From contig JBKJLC010000301.1 in the NCBI GenBank assembly GCA_046597055.1, positions 32,001 to 96,000 on the forward strand: a stretch of DNA of 64,000 nt, given 5' to 3'. Source of the DNA: Kofleriaceae bacterium (GTDB lineage Bacteria > Myxococcota_A > Polyangia > Haliangiales > Haliangiaceae). Position 1 is the stretch's first letter; each line of letters opens with the position of its first letter. Shown here piece by piece: positions 9,621 through 23,799 of the stretch. A program made the position numbers and the translations under genes. The notes beneath the pieces are model-generated. The model searched no databases and was not told the origin of the DNA. It worked only from the letters and a program-made list of their open reading frames with translations.

Positions 9621-10565
9621 ATGGACGTTGGCCTGGTCTGCGACCAGTGCAGCACCCTGGCCCCGATGGGCACGCCCCGGTGTGCGCGTTGCGGGTCATC
9701 GCTGACACTCGACGAAGAGACGCGCATTGGCGGGCCGGCGCAGATCCGAGCGCCGGCGCAGCCCAACCTCGCCGCGGCCCAGCCGTGTCCCGAGTGCAGC
9801 GCACTGGTGACGCCTGGCCACCGCTTCTGCGGCGGTTGCGGCAACCGCATGGACGTCCCGCGCACGCGACCGGCCGACTCACAAGAGAAGTCGAGCCGAC
9901 GCACCCAGTTCTTCGGCGCGATGCAGGCGGCGCGCGCCAAGCTCACGCTGATCCGCGGCGACGGGCTCGACGGCGTGTCGTTCACCCTGGCCGGCCAGGA
10001 CCACCTCGCCGGCCGCATCGACTGCCCGATCCTCTTCCCGGAGGATCCCTTCCTGTCGCCGACCCACGCCAACTTCTTCTATCGCGACGGCCAGCTGGTG
10101 GTGCGCGACGAGTCCTCGCAGAACGGTGTGTTCGTGCGCATCCACGGCGGCGTCGACATCGCGCTCGGCACCCGCTTCCTGGTCGGCGAGCAGATGCTCG
10201 AGATCCAGCCGGTGCCGGCCACGCCCGACGAGGCGACCGAGGACGGCACCTACTTCTTCGCCAGCCCCCGCCGCGGCGCCGTGCTGCGCGTGGTCCAGAC
10301 GTTGCGCGGTGGCGACACCGGCCTCGTTGTGTGCTCGACCGGCTCGACCGTCCGGGTCGGCCGCGAGGGCAACGACCTCGACTTCCCCGATGACCCGTTC
10401 ATCTCGGGCCACCACGCGCAGGTCGGGTGGGACGGCATGCGGCTCATCCTCACCGACCTCGCCTCCAAGAACGGCACGTTCCTCCAGATCGCCCGCGAGC
10501 AACCGCTCGATCACGGCGACTACGTGTTCATGGGCCAGCAGCTCCTCCGCGTCGAGATCGTGTAG
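9621..10565 (+). CDS. Double zinc-ribbon + tandem FHA domain protein
   Basis: CDQC/CARC and CPEC/FCGGCG, plus two FHA domains (AGR...LSPTHA...SQNGVF; VGR...ISGHHA...SKNGTF). Confidence 0.9.
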   Translation: MDVGLVCDQCSTLAPMGTPRCARCGSSLTLDEETRIGGPAQIRAPAQPNLAAAQPCPECSALVTPGHRFCGGCGNRMDVPRTRPADSQEKSSRRTQFFGAMQAARAKLTLIRGDGLDGVSFTLAGQDHLAGRIDCPILFPEDPFLSPTHANFFYRDGQLVVRDESSQNGVFVRIHGGVDIALGTRFLVGEQMLEIQPVPATPDEATEDGTYFFASPRRGAVLRVVQTLRGGDTGLVVCSTGSTVRVGREGNDLDFPDDPFISGHHAQVGWDGMRLILTDLASKNGTFLQIAREQPLDHGDYVFMGQQLLRVEIV

Positions 10566-10608
10566 AGTTCGGCGCGTTCCAAGCACTTATTACTGCCGGG
10601 GTTTTTGA

Positions 10609-11958
<1,350 letters not shown>

Positions 11959-12069
11959 CGCCGATCGCGGAGCGGCTGGACGCCCCGCGCTTGCCGCATC
12001 ACATGTGAGCGAAAGCGCGCTCGTTTGCCGAAACCTGCGCGGCGCCAGACGGGCACCCACCGCGCCCGG

Positions 12070-12438
12070 TCAGGGCTTCTTGCCGCCGAGGTCCTTCACG
12101 TTGACGTCCTCTTTCTGGACGAACGTGAAGCCATTCTTGTACGGGTGCTCGCCGCCAGGCTCGAACACCACCAGCACGTCGACCGGCCCCAGCTTGCCGC
12201 CCGGCGCCTGGACGATGATCTCGTCGTTGCCAATGCGGGTCACCGTGCCAGCCGCTCCGCCGAAGTAGACCTTCACGTTGCGCGTGACGGTCCGGAAGCC
12301 CTGGCCGTGGATGGCGACCGTCTGGCCGCCTTCGATATCGCCAGTCTGCGGCTCGATGCCGGTGACCTTCAGCGAGCCATCGTTTCCGCACGCCGCGAGG
12401 CCAAGCCCGAGCAGCACCGCAAGCATCGATGCCTTCAT
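12070..12438 (-). CDS. IPT/TIG-domain lipoprotein
   Basis: Lipobox LAAC, and VTGIEPQTGDIEGGQTVAIHGQGF...VYFGG...IIVQAP...GFTF. Confidence 0.85.
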   Translation of the reverse strand: MKASMLAVLLGLGLAACGNDGSLKVTGIEPQTGDIEGGQTVAIHGQGFRTVTRNVKVYFGGAAGTVTRIGNDEIIVQAPGGKLGPVDVLVVFEPGGEHPYKNGFTFVQKEDVNVKDLGGKKP

Positions 12439-12444
12439 CGGACC

Positions 12445-12474
12445 AGGCTACCGCGGTGTCGCACCGGCCAGCAA
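12445..12474 (-). promoter_or_regulatory. Sigma70-type promoter, leaderless candidate
   Basis: Minus strand TTGCTG-N18-TAGCCT, then 6 nt to ATG 12438. Confidence 0.55.
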
Positions 12475-12481
12475 GGACAGC

Positions 12482-13837
12482 TCACATCATGTCCTTGCGC
12501 TGCAGGGCGCGGCGCATCTTTTCCAGCGCCTGCTCCTGGAGCTGCCGGATCCGCTCGCGCGACAGATTGTACTTCTCCCCGATCTCCTTGAGCGTGAGCT
12601 CGTGCTCGGTCTCGAGCCCGAACCGCTGCCGCAGGATGTCAGCTTCGATCGGGCGCAGCTCGCCCAGCACGGTCTTGATCTCGCTGGTCAGCGCGGCCAG
12701 CTCGAGGTCGGCGGTCGGCGAGACCTCCTCCCGGTCGGGGTCCTCCAGGATCTCACCAAGGTTGCGGCCGTCCTCGTCACCGACCGGGCGGTCGATCGAG
12801 ATCGACTGCTCGAGCACCCAGCGCCGCATGTTCTCGACCTTGTCGGCCGGCATCCCGGTGGTCTCGGCGAGCTCGGCGGTGGTCGGCTGACGGCCGAGCT
12901 TGGCGGTGAGCTCGCGCCGGGCCTTGGTCAGGCGGTGGTGCGCGTCGATCATGTGGACCGGCAGCCGGATCTCGCGCCCCTTGTCGGCCAGGGCCCGGCT
13001 GATGGCATGACGGATCCACCAGCTCGCGTAGGTGGAGAAGCGGAAGCCGCGACGGTAGTCGTAGCGCTCGACCGCCTTGATGAGGCCGAGGTTACCCTCC
13101 TGGATCAGATCGGCGAGCGACATGCGGCCGTGGTTGAATCGGCGGGCGATGCTGATCACCAGGCGCAGGTTGGCCTTCACGAAGTCGTTGCGGGCCGAGG
13201 CCGCGCCGCGGGCCGCGCTCTCGACCCGACGCAGCCACTCGGTGAACGCGCGCGAGCCCTTGATCGTGCGCGCCACCGGCAGGTAGCCGCGCTCGACCCG
13301 ATCGACCCCGCCCAGCGCGGCGTCGACGAACAGCCGGTCTGCGTCGACCTCGCGCAGCTTGGTCGCGCAGCGGGTGACCGCCTTGTCGTAGCGCGCGCCG
13401 GCCGGCTTGGGCTCGGCCGCGATCTTGCGCATCGCCTTCACCTCGGCGAGGCCCGGCGCCAGCGCCTCGACCGCGTCGAGCACCACCGCCACCATCCCGG
13501 GATAGCCGAGCAGCTCGCTCCACACCGCCTGCTCGAGCGCCTCGATCGTCTGGGCGGCGGTGAACTCCTCCTCCGGTCGCAGCACGTGCAGCGACGCCAT
13601 GTCGCGGAAGTACATCGTCAGGTAGCCCGACCCGTCGGTCTTGCTCGCCTTGCTGGCGCGCGCCGGGGTCGCGCGGGCGACCGGCTCGGCATCGGGGTCG
13701 GTATCGTTCGCGGGCGCATGCTGGGCCCGCTCGCGGTTCTTGGCCGCCATGCGGACCGCCCGCGGTGCGACTGCCCGCCGAGCGGCGGCAGACGGTCCCA
13801 GCTTGGCGTTCACAGAAACGGCAGCGCTGATCTTCAC
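12482..13837 (-). CDS. RpoD/SigA-like sigma-70 factor (group 1/2-like, no evident region 1.1)
   Basis: [73 protein letters not shown] start with AGGAGG 7 nt upstream. Confidence 0.92.
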   Translation of the reverse strand: MKISAAVSVNAKLGPSAAARRAVAPRAVRMAAKNRERAQHAPANDTDPDAEPVARATPARASKASKTDGSGYLTMYFRDMASLHVLRPEEEFTAAQTIEALEQAVWSELLGYPGMVAVVLDAVEALAPGLAEVKAMRKIAAEPKPAGARYDKAVTRCATKLREVDADRLFVDAALGGVDRVERGYLPVARTIKGSRAFTEWLRRVESAARGAASARNDFVKANLRLVISIARRFNHGRMSLADLIQEGNLGLIKAVERYDYRRGFRFSTYASWWIRHAISRALADKGREIRLPVHMIDAHHRLTKARRELTAKLGRQPTTAELAETTGMPADKVENMRRWVLEQSISIDRPVGDEDGRNLGEILEDPDREEVSPTADLELAALTSEIKTVLGELRPIEADILRQRFGLETEHELTLKEIGEKYNLSRERIRQLQEQALEKMRRALQRKDMM

Positions 13838-14132
13838 GGGCAATCCTCCTGGCCGGGTCGGCCGGCACGTACTGAGACGTCGGGGCGGGCGAAATGTTTT
13901 GCTGGAGTGCGAATCACCACCACGCCGCGTGCGCTCCCAACTGCTACCCCTGAGCGCGCTCCTCTATTCCAGGGACACCGGCGCAGCCGCGGTTGCGCAC
14001 GGCAAACGTGATCGCGCTCGCAAGTTGCGGATCACCTGGGCCCGCGCACCTAGCAGAGTAGGCGGGGCCGATGTAGGCGACCGGGGTCGGGCCGGGTCGT
14101 CGTCACGCCGACACCGTCGGCACGACGGCAAA

Positions 14133-16090
<1,958 letters not shown>

Positions 16091-16094
<4 letters not shown>

Positions 16095-16969
16095 CGCATG
16101 CCTCCCGGGCCGCGCGCCGCGGGCGCGGCGGTCAGTGACTGGCCGCACATCACGACGGTGTCGTCCGCCAGCGGCAGGAGGGTCGGCGCGCCCGGCGGCA
16201 GCGCCAGGACGACCGTCGAGCCGAGCAGGAACGCGCCGACCTCGTCGCCGCGCTGGAGCTTGCCGGGCTGGGTGGCGTGGCGAGGCTCGCCGCCGCCGCG
16301 CCAGACCCGCGTGTCCTCGCCGAGATGCGTGAGCCAGATGTTGCCGACCGCGGTGGCGCTGACCATCACGATCGCGGCCGGCCCCCACCGGGTCTTGAGC
16401 TCGATCACGACCCGCTCGTTGACCGCGAGCAGGCGATCGACGTTGCGCGCGAACGGCCGGCTCACCGGCCAGCGCTGACCGGGGACGTAGTGGTAGCCGA
16501 CCAGCTCGGCGTCGAACGGCGTGTGGACCCGGTGGTAGTCACGCGGGGACAGGTAGACGGTCAGGAACTGACCGCCCGCCATCGAGCCGGCGAGACTCGG
16601 GACGGTCAGCAGCTCGGCGAGGCTGTAGTCGCGACCCTTGGCCTGGATCAGCATGCCGTCGACGATCGGCCCGACCGCCGCGACCGCGCCATCGCACGGC
16701 GAGACCACGGGCGCGTCGGCGACCGGCCGGGCCCCCGGCCGGAGGGTCCGTGCGAAGAAGTCACCGAAGCTCGGATACTCCGACAGGTCGGCGCCGACCT
16801 CGTCGAGGCGCGCGTCGACCGCGCGAGCAAACGCAGTGTAGAGCCGCTCGCGCAGGAGACGCGGGACATGCCGGCGCGCTCCCCACCCCACGAGCGTGGA
16901 GTAGAGCCCGGTCGGCGCCCAGCGAAGGGTGTCGACGGTGAAGCGTTCAGCGATCTGGGTCAGGTTCAC
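16091..16969 (-). CDS. psd: Phosphatidylserine decarboxylase proenzyme
   Basis: FFARTLRPGARP, VSPCDG, QAKG, YLSPRDYHRVH, NER, and the LGST self-cleavage motif. Confidence 0.93.
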
Positions 16970-17149
16970 GCGGCGATGGTCCCCGAATGGGCCGCTCCCC
17001 TGGAAACCTGAAGAGTATAGGCCACGTGCAAGACGCGGCACAAGGCCTGCCGGAACCGCGCAGATTTGGCCCCGGTCCGAAACGCCGAACGGCGTCGCCG
17101 ACCTACATCGGGACGCCGCTATCCGGCCTGGAACGCTGCTACGGAGCGA

Positions 17150-18562
17150 TCAGCAGTCGTAATAGAGGTAGAACTCGGAGGGGTGCGGCCGCAGCCGGAT
17201 GTGGTCGATCTCGTTCTCGTGCTTGTAGGCGATCCACGTATCGAGGAGATCGGTGGAGAACACGTCGCCCTTGAGCAGGAAGGCGTGGTCGGCCCGCAGC
17301 GCGGCGAGCGACTGGTCGAGTGAGCCCGGCGCGGTCGGGACCTCGGCCAGCTCCTCGGGCGACAGCGAGTAGAGGTCCTTGTCGAACGGCTCGCCCGGGT
17401 GGATGCGGTTCTCGACGCCGTCGAGCCCGGCCAGCAGCATCGCCGCGAAGGCGAGGTACGGGTTGCAGCTCGGGTCGGGCGACCGCAGCTCGAGGCGCTT
17501 GGCCTTGGGCGACGGCGAGTACATCGGGATGCGGATCGACGCCGACCGGTTGCGCGCCGAGTACGCCAGGTTGACCGGCGCCTCGTAGCCCGGGACCAGG
17601 CGGCGATAGCTGTTGGTGGTCGGGTTGGCGAACGCGCAGATCGCGCCGGCGTGCTTGAGCAGCCCGCCGATGTAGTAGAGCGCCATGTCCGACAGCCCTG
17701 CATAGCCGTCGCCCGCGAAGAGCGGCTTGCCACCCTTCCACAGCGACTGATGCGTGTGCATGCCGCTGCCGTTGTCGCCGAAGAGCGGCTTCGGCATGAA
17801 CGTCGCCGTCTTGCCGTGCTGCTTGGAGACGTTCTTGACGATGTGCTTGTACCACATGACCTGGTCGGCCATCTTGACAAGCTCGTCGTACTTCATGTCG
17901 ATCTCGCACTGCCCCGCGGTCGCCACCTCGTGGTGGTGCGTCTCGACCTCGATGCCGACCGCCTGCATGGTCAGCACCATGAGGGTCCGGATGTCGGTCA
18001 GGGTGTCGACCGGCGCGGTCGGGAAGTAGCCGCCCTTGACCCGCGGCTTGTAGCCGAGGTTGCCGCCGGGCTCGGTGCGGTTGGTGTTCCAGGCGCCCTC
18101 GATCGAGTCGACCAGGTACGAGGACTGGTTCATCCCCTCCTGATAGCGGACCTCGTCGAACACGAAGAACTCGGCCTCGGGGCCGAAGTACGCCTTGTCG
18201 GCGAGCCCGGTCGACTCGAGGTAGCGGACCGCGCGCTTCGCCAGGCTGCGCGGGCAGCGGCTGTACGGCTCGCGGGTGATCGGATCGACCGCGTCGCAGA
18301 TCAACGACAGGGTCGGCGTGGCCAGGAACGGCTCGATGACGCCGGTCGTGCCGTCCGGGATCATCAGCATGTCGGACGAGTTGATCGCCTTCCAGCCGCG
18401 GATCGACGAGCCGTCGAAGCCGAACCCGTTCTCGAGGCCATCCTCGAGTCGTTCGATCGGATAGGTGATGTGCTGCCAGGTGCCGAGGAAATCGACGAAC
18501 TTGCAGTCGATCATCTTCGCGCCGTGCTTGGCGGAGTAATCCTTGAGGGCTTTCGCGTCCAT
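17150..18562 (-). CDS. glnA: Type I glutamine synthetase
   Basis: [62 protein letters not shown] adenylylation site. Confidence 0.98.
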   Translation of the reverse strand: MDAKALKDYSAKHGAKMIDCKFVDFLGTWQHITYPIERLEDGLENGFGFDGSSIRGWKAINSSDMLMIPDGTTGVIEPFLATPTLSLICDAVDPITREPYSRCPRSLAKRAVRYLESTGLADKAYFGPEAEFFVFDEVRYQEGMNQSSYLVDSIEGAWNTNRTEPGGNLGYKPRVKGGYFPTAPVDTLTDIRTLMVLTMQAVGIEVETHHHEVATAGQCEIDMKYDELVKMADQVMWYKHIVKNVSKQHGKTATFMPKPLFGDNGSGMHTHQSLWKGGKPLFAGDGYAGLSDMALYYIGGLLKHAGAICAFANPTTNSYRRLVPGYEAPVNLAYSARNRSASIRIPMYSPSPKAKRLELRSPDPSCNPYLAFAAMLLAGLDGVENRIHPGEPFDKDLYSLSPEELAEVPTAPGSLDQSLAALRADHAFLLKGDVFSTDLLDTWIAYKHENEIDHIRLRPHPSEFYLYYDC

Positions 18563-18649
18563 GGTCTTCGTTGATCTCCTGGTGGTCCGCAGTCGGCTGG
18601 GGCTAGGTGTTAGTTCGGGCGTGACGGGGTGCGTGGCAACGGGCGCGGA

Positions 18650-19084
<435 letters not shown>

Positions 19085-20839
19085 TCAGTTCCGCATGCGG
19101 GCGCGGAAGCGATCGATCTTCTTGTCGAACGCGACTCGCTTCTCGGGAGTCGACAGGTAGCCGACCATGCTCGCGACGTCGGTCCACTCGCTCTCGAGGC
19201 GCGAGCCCATGCGCTTGCTGTACGCCTTGTACTCGCGGGTCGCGGCCTGGAACTTCGCGCGCAGGCTGGCGGCGTCGGGCGCGGTGGCGATCGGCTCGAC
19301 CTGCTTGGGCGCGCGCTCGACCGGCCGACGGGTGACCGCCGCGGTCGGCTTGCTCGGGCGCTCCCGGCCGGGCGTCGGGACCACCGCGACCGCCATCTCG
19401 ATCTCCGGCTCCGGAGCCGGCTCGATCGCCGGCACCGGGGTGACCGTGGGCGCGGGCGCCGGCGCGGTGACCGCGGGAATCGCGGCCGGCGCGGCGACGG
19501 GCGGGCGGGCGTCGCTGCGGGTGAGCGCGATCGCCAGGCCGACCGCGAGGCCGGCCGTGCCGAACAGGACGATCGCGCCGACGTTGCGGCGGCGGCGCCG
19601 GCGGGCCCGCGCGGTGGCGTCGTCACCGGTGATGCCGGCGACCACGACGGTCTGGCGGGCCGACCGCCGGCCCAGGCGCGGGATCATCTGGGTCGGCGGC
19701 TGGTAGAGGGGCATGTTCGCCAGCGCGAACGACACCGTCGCCACCGACTGGGTGGTCAGCTGCTGCTCGAAGTCGGCGAGGTGCGCGGCCGCGGCCCGGT
19801 CGAGCAACTCGCGCTGCTGCACCATCTCGGCGGCGAACAGCTCGCGCAGGAACAGGCCGAGATGATCGGTCGACAGGGTCGGGTTGAGCGCCACCAGCGC
19901 GGCCTGGATCGCGTCGCGCAGCTCGGCCGCGGTCTGGAAGCGATCCTCGGGCTTGGGCCGCAGGGTGCGGGCGACCAGCGGGTCGAACGCCTTGAGCGTG
20001 AGGTCGTGCTGCGACGGCAGGCGGTGCTCGCCCTTGACGACCAGGCGGGCGAGCGCGCGGTAGTCCGGGTTGTCGCTGACCTCGTAGAGCCGCTCGCCGG
20101 TGAGCAGCTCGTAGAGCACGACGCCGGTCGCGTAGATGTCGGTGCGGGCGTCGACCACGCCGCCGCGCACGAGCTGCTCGGGCGCCATGTAACCGAACTT
20201 GCCGAAGCCCATCTTGGGATCGGTCGCGGTCGCGCGCATCGCGCTCTTGGCGATGCCGAAGTCGATGATCTTGGTCTCGCCCTCGAACGACACGACCACG
20301 TTGGGCGGCGAGATGTCGCAATGGACCAGCTGCAGCGACGCGCCGTCGGGGCTGGTCCGACGGTGGGCGTAGGCGAGGCCGTTGGCCATCTCGCGGGCAA
20401 CGAACAGGGCCAGGTCGGCCGGGACCCGGCGGTGCTGGCGCTGCAGGATAGTGAGGATGCGGCGCAGATCCCGGCCCTCGACGTACTCGAGCGCCAGGAA
20501 GTATTCGTCGCCGACCCGCCCGACCTCGAAGACCTGGGCGACGTTGACGTGCTGCAGCTTGATCGCGACCTGGGCCTCGTCGATGAAGCGCGAGATGAAC
20601 TGCTCGTCCTCCGACAGGCTCGGCAGCACCTTCTTGATCACGCACAGCTTCTCGAACCCGGCCAGGCCGTGCTTGGCGAGGAAGATCTCGCCCATGCCGC
20701 CCCGCGACAGGCGCTGGATCAGCAGGTAGCGGCCGAACACCGCGGGCAAGCCGGGATCGATCGCCCGCGGCCCGGTGGCGTCGACCGAGCCCTCGCTGGA
20801 GGTTCCCGAGGTGTGGAGGCTGGGGGCGGCGACGGACAT
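19085..20839 (-). CDS. Membrane-anchored Hanks-type Ser/Thr protein kinase
   Basis: FGRYLL...GGMGEIF, VIKK, HCDISPPN, DFGIAK, GKFGYMAPEQ, DIYATG. TM segment GAIVLFGTAGLAVGLAIAL, then a Pro-rich periplasmic tail. Confidence 0.92.
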   Translation of the reverse strand: MSVAAPSLHTSGTSSEGSVDATGPRAIDPGLPAVFGRYLLIQRLSRGGMGEIFLAKHGLAGFEKLCVIKKVLPSLSEDEQFISRFIDEAQVAIKLQHVNVAQVFEVGRVGDEYFLALEYVEGRDLRRILTILQRQHRRVPADLALFVAREMANGLAYAHRRTSPDGASLQLVHCDISPPNVVVSFEGETKIIDFGIAKSAMRATATDPKMGFGKFGYMAPEQLVRGGVVDARTDIYATGVVLYELLTGERLYEVSDNPDYRALARLVVKGEHRLPSQHDLTLKAFDPLVARTLRPKPEDRFQTAAELRDAIQAALVALNPTLSTDHLGLFLRELFAAEMVQQRELLDRAAAAHLADFEQQLTTQSVATVSFALANMPLYQPPTQMIPRLGRRSARQTVVVAGITGDDATARARRRRRRNVGAIVLFGTAGLAVGLAIALTRSDARPPVAAPAAIPAVTAPAPAPTVTPVPAIEPAPEPEIEMAVAVVPTPGRERPSKPTAAVTRRPVERAPKQVEPIATAPDAASLRAKFQAATREYKAYSKRMGSRLESEWTDVASMVGYLSTPEKRVAFDKKIDRFRARMRN

Positions 20840-20980
20840 TCGCGAACGGGCGATGGGACCCGAGGCGCCCAAGTTTGCCAGAGCCGCCGGCCCGGCGGGA
20901 AGGAATCCGCCATCGACCTGGCAGGTTCCGGGGGCTTTCGCATACCTACGCAGCGGCGAGGTCGTGATAGCGTCTCGCCC

Positions 20981-22615
20981 GTGCGAGGCTCCGCCGGGTT
21001 CCTGGTGCTCTGCACCGCCGCTGCGTGCGGGTCCGGTTCGGTCGAGGTCGTCCTCGACCGGCCCCGGGCCGCCGAGGCGCAGCTCGAGCCGGCGGCGACC
21101 GTGGTCCTGCGCGCCGAGCGGTTCGATGCCGACGACGTCGTGCTGACCGCCACCGTGAACGACGACGCGGTGAGCTTCGGCGACCTGCCGCTCGGCGACT
21201 ATCACGCGATGTCGGTCGAGCTGTTCGGCCCGACCGGCGCCAGCGTGGGCTACGGACGGGCCAGCGAGCCGGTCGACGTCACCTTCGAGGGCAACCAGGT
21301 CGTGCACGTGCCGATCCGACGGCCGCGCGTGTACCTGGCGGGTCCGTCCCCAGGCCGGATGATCGAGGCCCCGCTGGTCGCGCCCGCGGCGCGGCTGATC
21401 CGCATGGATCGCGGCGGGGCCGGCCTCGACGTCGACGTGGTCAATCTGCCGGCCGCGACCGCGCTGATCGCGGCGGCCGGGCCCGACATGTTCGTGGCCG
21501 CGGGCGGGCGCGTGTTCCGGCTCGACAGCTCGACCGACACGTTCGACATGTCGCCGATGGTCGATGTGGGGGCGGAGATTCGCGACCTGGCCGGGACCGC
21601 CGACGGCATGTACCTGGTCGCGGGCAGCGACAGCGGTCTGCACGTGATCGACGTGGTCGCGCGCTCGGTCGGAACCCTGAGCCCGGGTGGCCCGGTCGAC
21701 GCGGTCGCCACCGCGATCGGCCCCGGCGGTCAGGTGATCGCGATCGCGCTGCTCGGCGGCGTACGTCCGCCGATGTCGTGCACCGGCGCCGCGTCGCGGC
21801 TGTTCGTGTCGGGGCTCGGCGACAGCGAGACCGCAGGCCGCACGATCGATCTGGGCGGCGGCGTCTCCGACATCGCGGCGGCGCCGGGCCGGCCCCTGGT
21901 GGTCGCGGCCGACTACTGTCGCGATCGGGTGACCGTGGTCGACCTGACCACCGACGCGGTGTGGGGCACGGTCGAGGGCGTCAAGTCGCCGACCGCGGTG
22001 ACCGCCACCGACACCCAGGCGTGGGCGGTGGGCTCGATCCCGGGCATCGTGGCGAATCCCGCCACCATCGAGGAGAACGTCGACCGCGGCGCCCATCACC
22101 AGCTCGTCGTGATGGACATGACCGGCGCGACGGTGACCGGACGGACCACCGATCTGCCGGAGATCGCGCAGCTCATCATCCCGTCGGACGACCCGGGCGC
22201 TTCGCTGGCGCAGAACGCGCGGGCCAAGCGCGCGACCGCGTCGGCGCTGTCGCTGTCGGCGCGGGGCGATCAGCTGCTCTTGTCGAGCAACGCCGTCCAC
22301 CGGGTGCAGCAGGTCACGATCACCGACAGCATCTTCGGCGTGCAGGGGGTGTTCCCGCCGATGACCGTCCACACCAGCCAGCAGTACGTGATCTCGACCT
22401 CGACCGGCGCGACCGAGCAGATGATCGCGACCCGCTGCAAGGTGTGCACCGCCGACAGCCACACCGCGGGCCTCGACTTCGGCGAGGGCTGCGGCGCCAA
22501 CCCGCAGGAGTGGGGCTACGCGATGTGGGGATGCGCGCCTTCGGGCAGCGTCATGGGCGTGGTCGGCGTGGACTTCGAGGCGGGAGCCAGCGCGGCCCTG
22601 TACGGACGACCGTGA
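20981..22615 (+). CDS. Lipoprotein with probable beta-propeller (YncE-like) domain
   Basis: Lipobox AAAC, repeated blade-like segments (DLAGTADGMYLV, DIAAAPGRPLVV), Cys-rich C-terminus. Confidence 0.7.
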   Translation: MRGSAGFLVLCTAAACGSGSVEVVLDRPRAAEAQLEPAATVVLRAERFDADDVVLTATVNDDAVSFGDLPLGDYHAMSVELFGPTGASVGYGRASEPVDVTFEGNQVVHVPIRRPRVYLAGPSPGRMIEAPLVAPAARLIRMDRGGAGLDVDVVNLPAATALIAAAGPDMFVAAGGRVFRLDSSTDTFDMSPMVDVGAEIRDLAGTADGMYLVAGSDSGLHVIDVVARSVGTLSPGGPVDAVATAIGPGGQVIAIALLGGVRPPMSCTGAASRLFVSGLGDSETAGRTIDLGGGVSDIAAAPGRPLVVAADYCRDRVTVVDLTTDAVWGTVEGVKSPTAVTATDTQAWAVGSIPGIVANPATIEENVDRGAHHQLVVMDMTGATVTGRTTDLPEIAQLIIPSDDPGASLAQNARAKRATASALSLSARGDQLLLSSNAVHRVQQVTITDSIFGVQGVFPPMTVHTSQQYVISTSTGATEQMIATRCKVCTADSHTAGLDFGEGCGANPQEWGYAMWGCAPSGSVMGVVGVDFEAGASAALYGRP

Positions 22616-23457
22616 CCCTGAGCGGCCGCGCGCTGGCCGGCCTCGGGTGCCTGGCGATCATCGTGAGCAGCGGCGGGCCGGCGCGGGCCGACGACCCGAA
22701 GCGCGCGGTCGCGGTGCTCGAGTTCCGCAACGACTCGTCGGCCCTGCCCGCGGTCGGGACCAAGTTCGTGGCGGCGCTGGCGACCCGGACCTCGCTGAAG
22801 GTGCTCGGCGACGATCAGGCCCGGCAGCGCTACGGCAGCGGGCTCGACGGCGACGTCGTGAAGTGCGACGGCGACGCGCAGTGCATCGGCGCCATCGGCA
22901 AGCGCCTCGGCGTTGCCGAGGTCGTGCTGGTCGGCGTCAGCGAGCTGGGCGACGTGATCCTCTCGGTCCAGCGGGTGGAGAGCGGCAGCGGCAAGGTGCT
23001 CGGCCGGCTCGCCGAGGCGCTCGCCGCCGACGCCGACCCCGTGGAGGGCGAGCTGGTGGGGTATCTCGAGCGAGTGCTGCCGCCCGAAGACTTCGTCCGG
23101 TTCGGCATGATCGCGATCAAGGTCAACGTGGCCGGCGCCGACATCACGGTCGGGGGTCAGCGCCGCGGCACCTCGCCGCTCGCCGCGATCCGGTTGCCGG
23201 CGCCGTCGCGCTACGACATCGACGTGCGCAAGGCCGGCTATCAGCCGTTTCACGCCGAGGTCCGGGTGCCGCCTGATGGCGAGATCAACGTGATCGCACA
23301 GCTGATCCGGCCCGGCCAGGGCGGCGGCAGCGGCGCCTGGTACACGCGGTGGTGGGTGTCGGCCGCGGCCGGGGTGGTCGTGGTCGGCGCCGTGACGACC
23401 GGCTTCGTGCTGACCCGCGATCGCGACAGCGTGCCGGCCGGCGGCCACTTCGAGTAG
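22612..23457 (+). CDS. Exported PEGA-domain protein
   Basis: Signal peptide (PARA-D), CDGDAQCI motif, PEGA (VAGADITVGG..RGTSPL...IDVRKAGY), WYTRWW followed by a TM. GTGA overlap with the upstream gene. Confidence 0.85.
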   Translation: MTLSGRALAGLGCLAIIVSSGGPARADDPKRAVAVLEFRNDSSALPAVGTKFVAALATRTSLKVLGDDQARQRYGSGLDGDVVKCDGDAQCIGAIGKRLGVAEVVLVGVSELGDVILSVQRVESGSGKVLGRLAEALAADADPVEGELVGYLERVLPPEDFVRFGMIAIKVNVAGADITVGGQRRGTSPLAAIRLPAPSRYDIDVRKAGYQPFHAEVRVPPDGEINVIAQLIRPGQGGGSGAWYTRWWVSAAAGVVVVGAVTTGFVLTRDRDSVPAGGHFE

Positions 23458-23479
23458 AGCCGCGGCGCCTCGGCTCGGA

Positions 23480-23644
23480 TCAGTACGTCGCGAGCATGCG
23501 CTTGAGCAGCAGGCTGACGCGAACCGGGCGGGGGCGCTCGCTGGGCGCGACCTGCGCGGCAGCCTGGGCCGGGGCGACGTCCAGTGTCGCGACGATGTCG
23601 GCCGGGTCGACGGGGATGGGCGGAGGCACGGGAGGGCGACTCAT
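23480..23644 (-). CDS. Small hypothetical protein (54 aa)
   Basis: MSRPPVPPPIPVDPADIVATLDV...LLKRMLATY. Preceded by a sigma54-like motif. Confidence 0.45.
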   Translation of the reverse strand: MSRPPVPPPIPVDPADIVATLDVAPAQAAAQVAPSERPRPVRVSLLLKRMLATY

Positions 23645-23656
23645 GACCGGACGAGA

Positions 23657-23672
23657 AGCATCGACCGTGCCG
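23657..23672 (-). promoter_or_regulatory. Sigma54 (-24/-12) promoter candidate
   Basis: Minus strand CGGCACG-GTCG-ATGCT matches TGGCACG-N4-TTGCW with exact GG-N10-GC spacing, 12 nt before ATG 23644. Confidence 0.55.
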
Positions 23673-23799
23673 ACATGTGCATTCGCACCCTTGCGTCGCT
23701 CGCGTGCGGCGCTCGCGCACGGTGGGCGACGACGCTCGCGTTCATGCGCGTCTCCCTGAGCAGTTCCTGGCTGGCCGGTCGCTTGCACCATGTCGCGAC

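Noticed and set aside
5437..9882. Very long antisense or alternate-frame ORFs (also 30563-34333, 37052-40027, 49854-53375, 69-1607 and others)
   Set aside because: They are shadows of real genes in high-GC DNA. They are Arg/Gly/Ala-rich, lack motifs and overlap well-supported CDS.
19085..23457. Kinase / beta-propeller lipoprotein / PEGA trio as a new system
   Set aside because: This type of cluster is very common in myxobacteria. Nothing distinctive was seen beyond a non-RD (HCD) catalytic loop.
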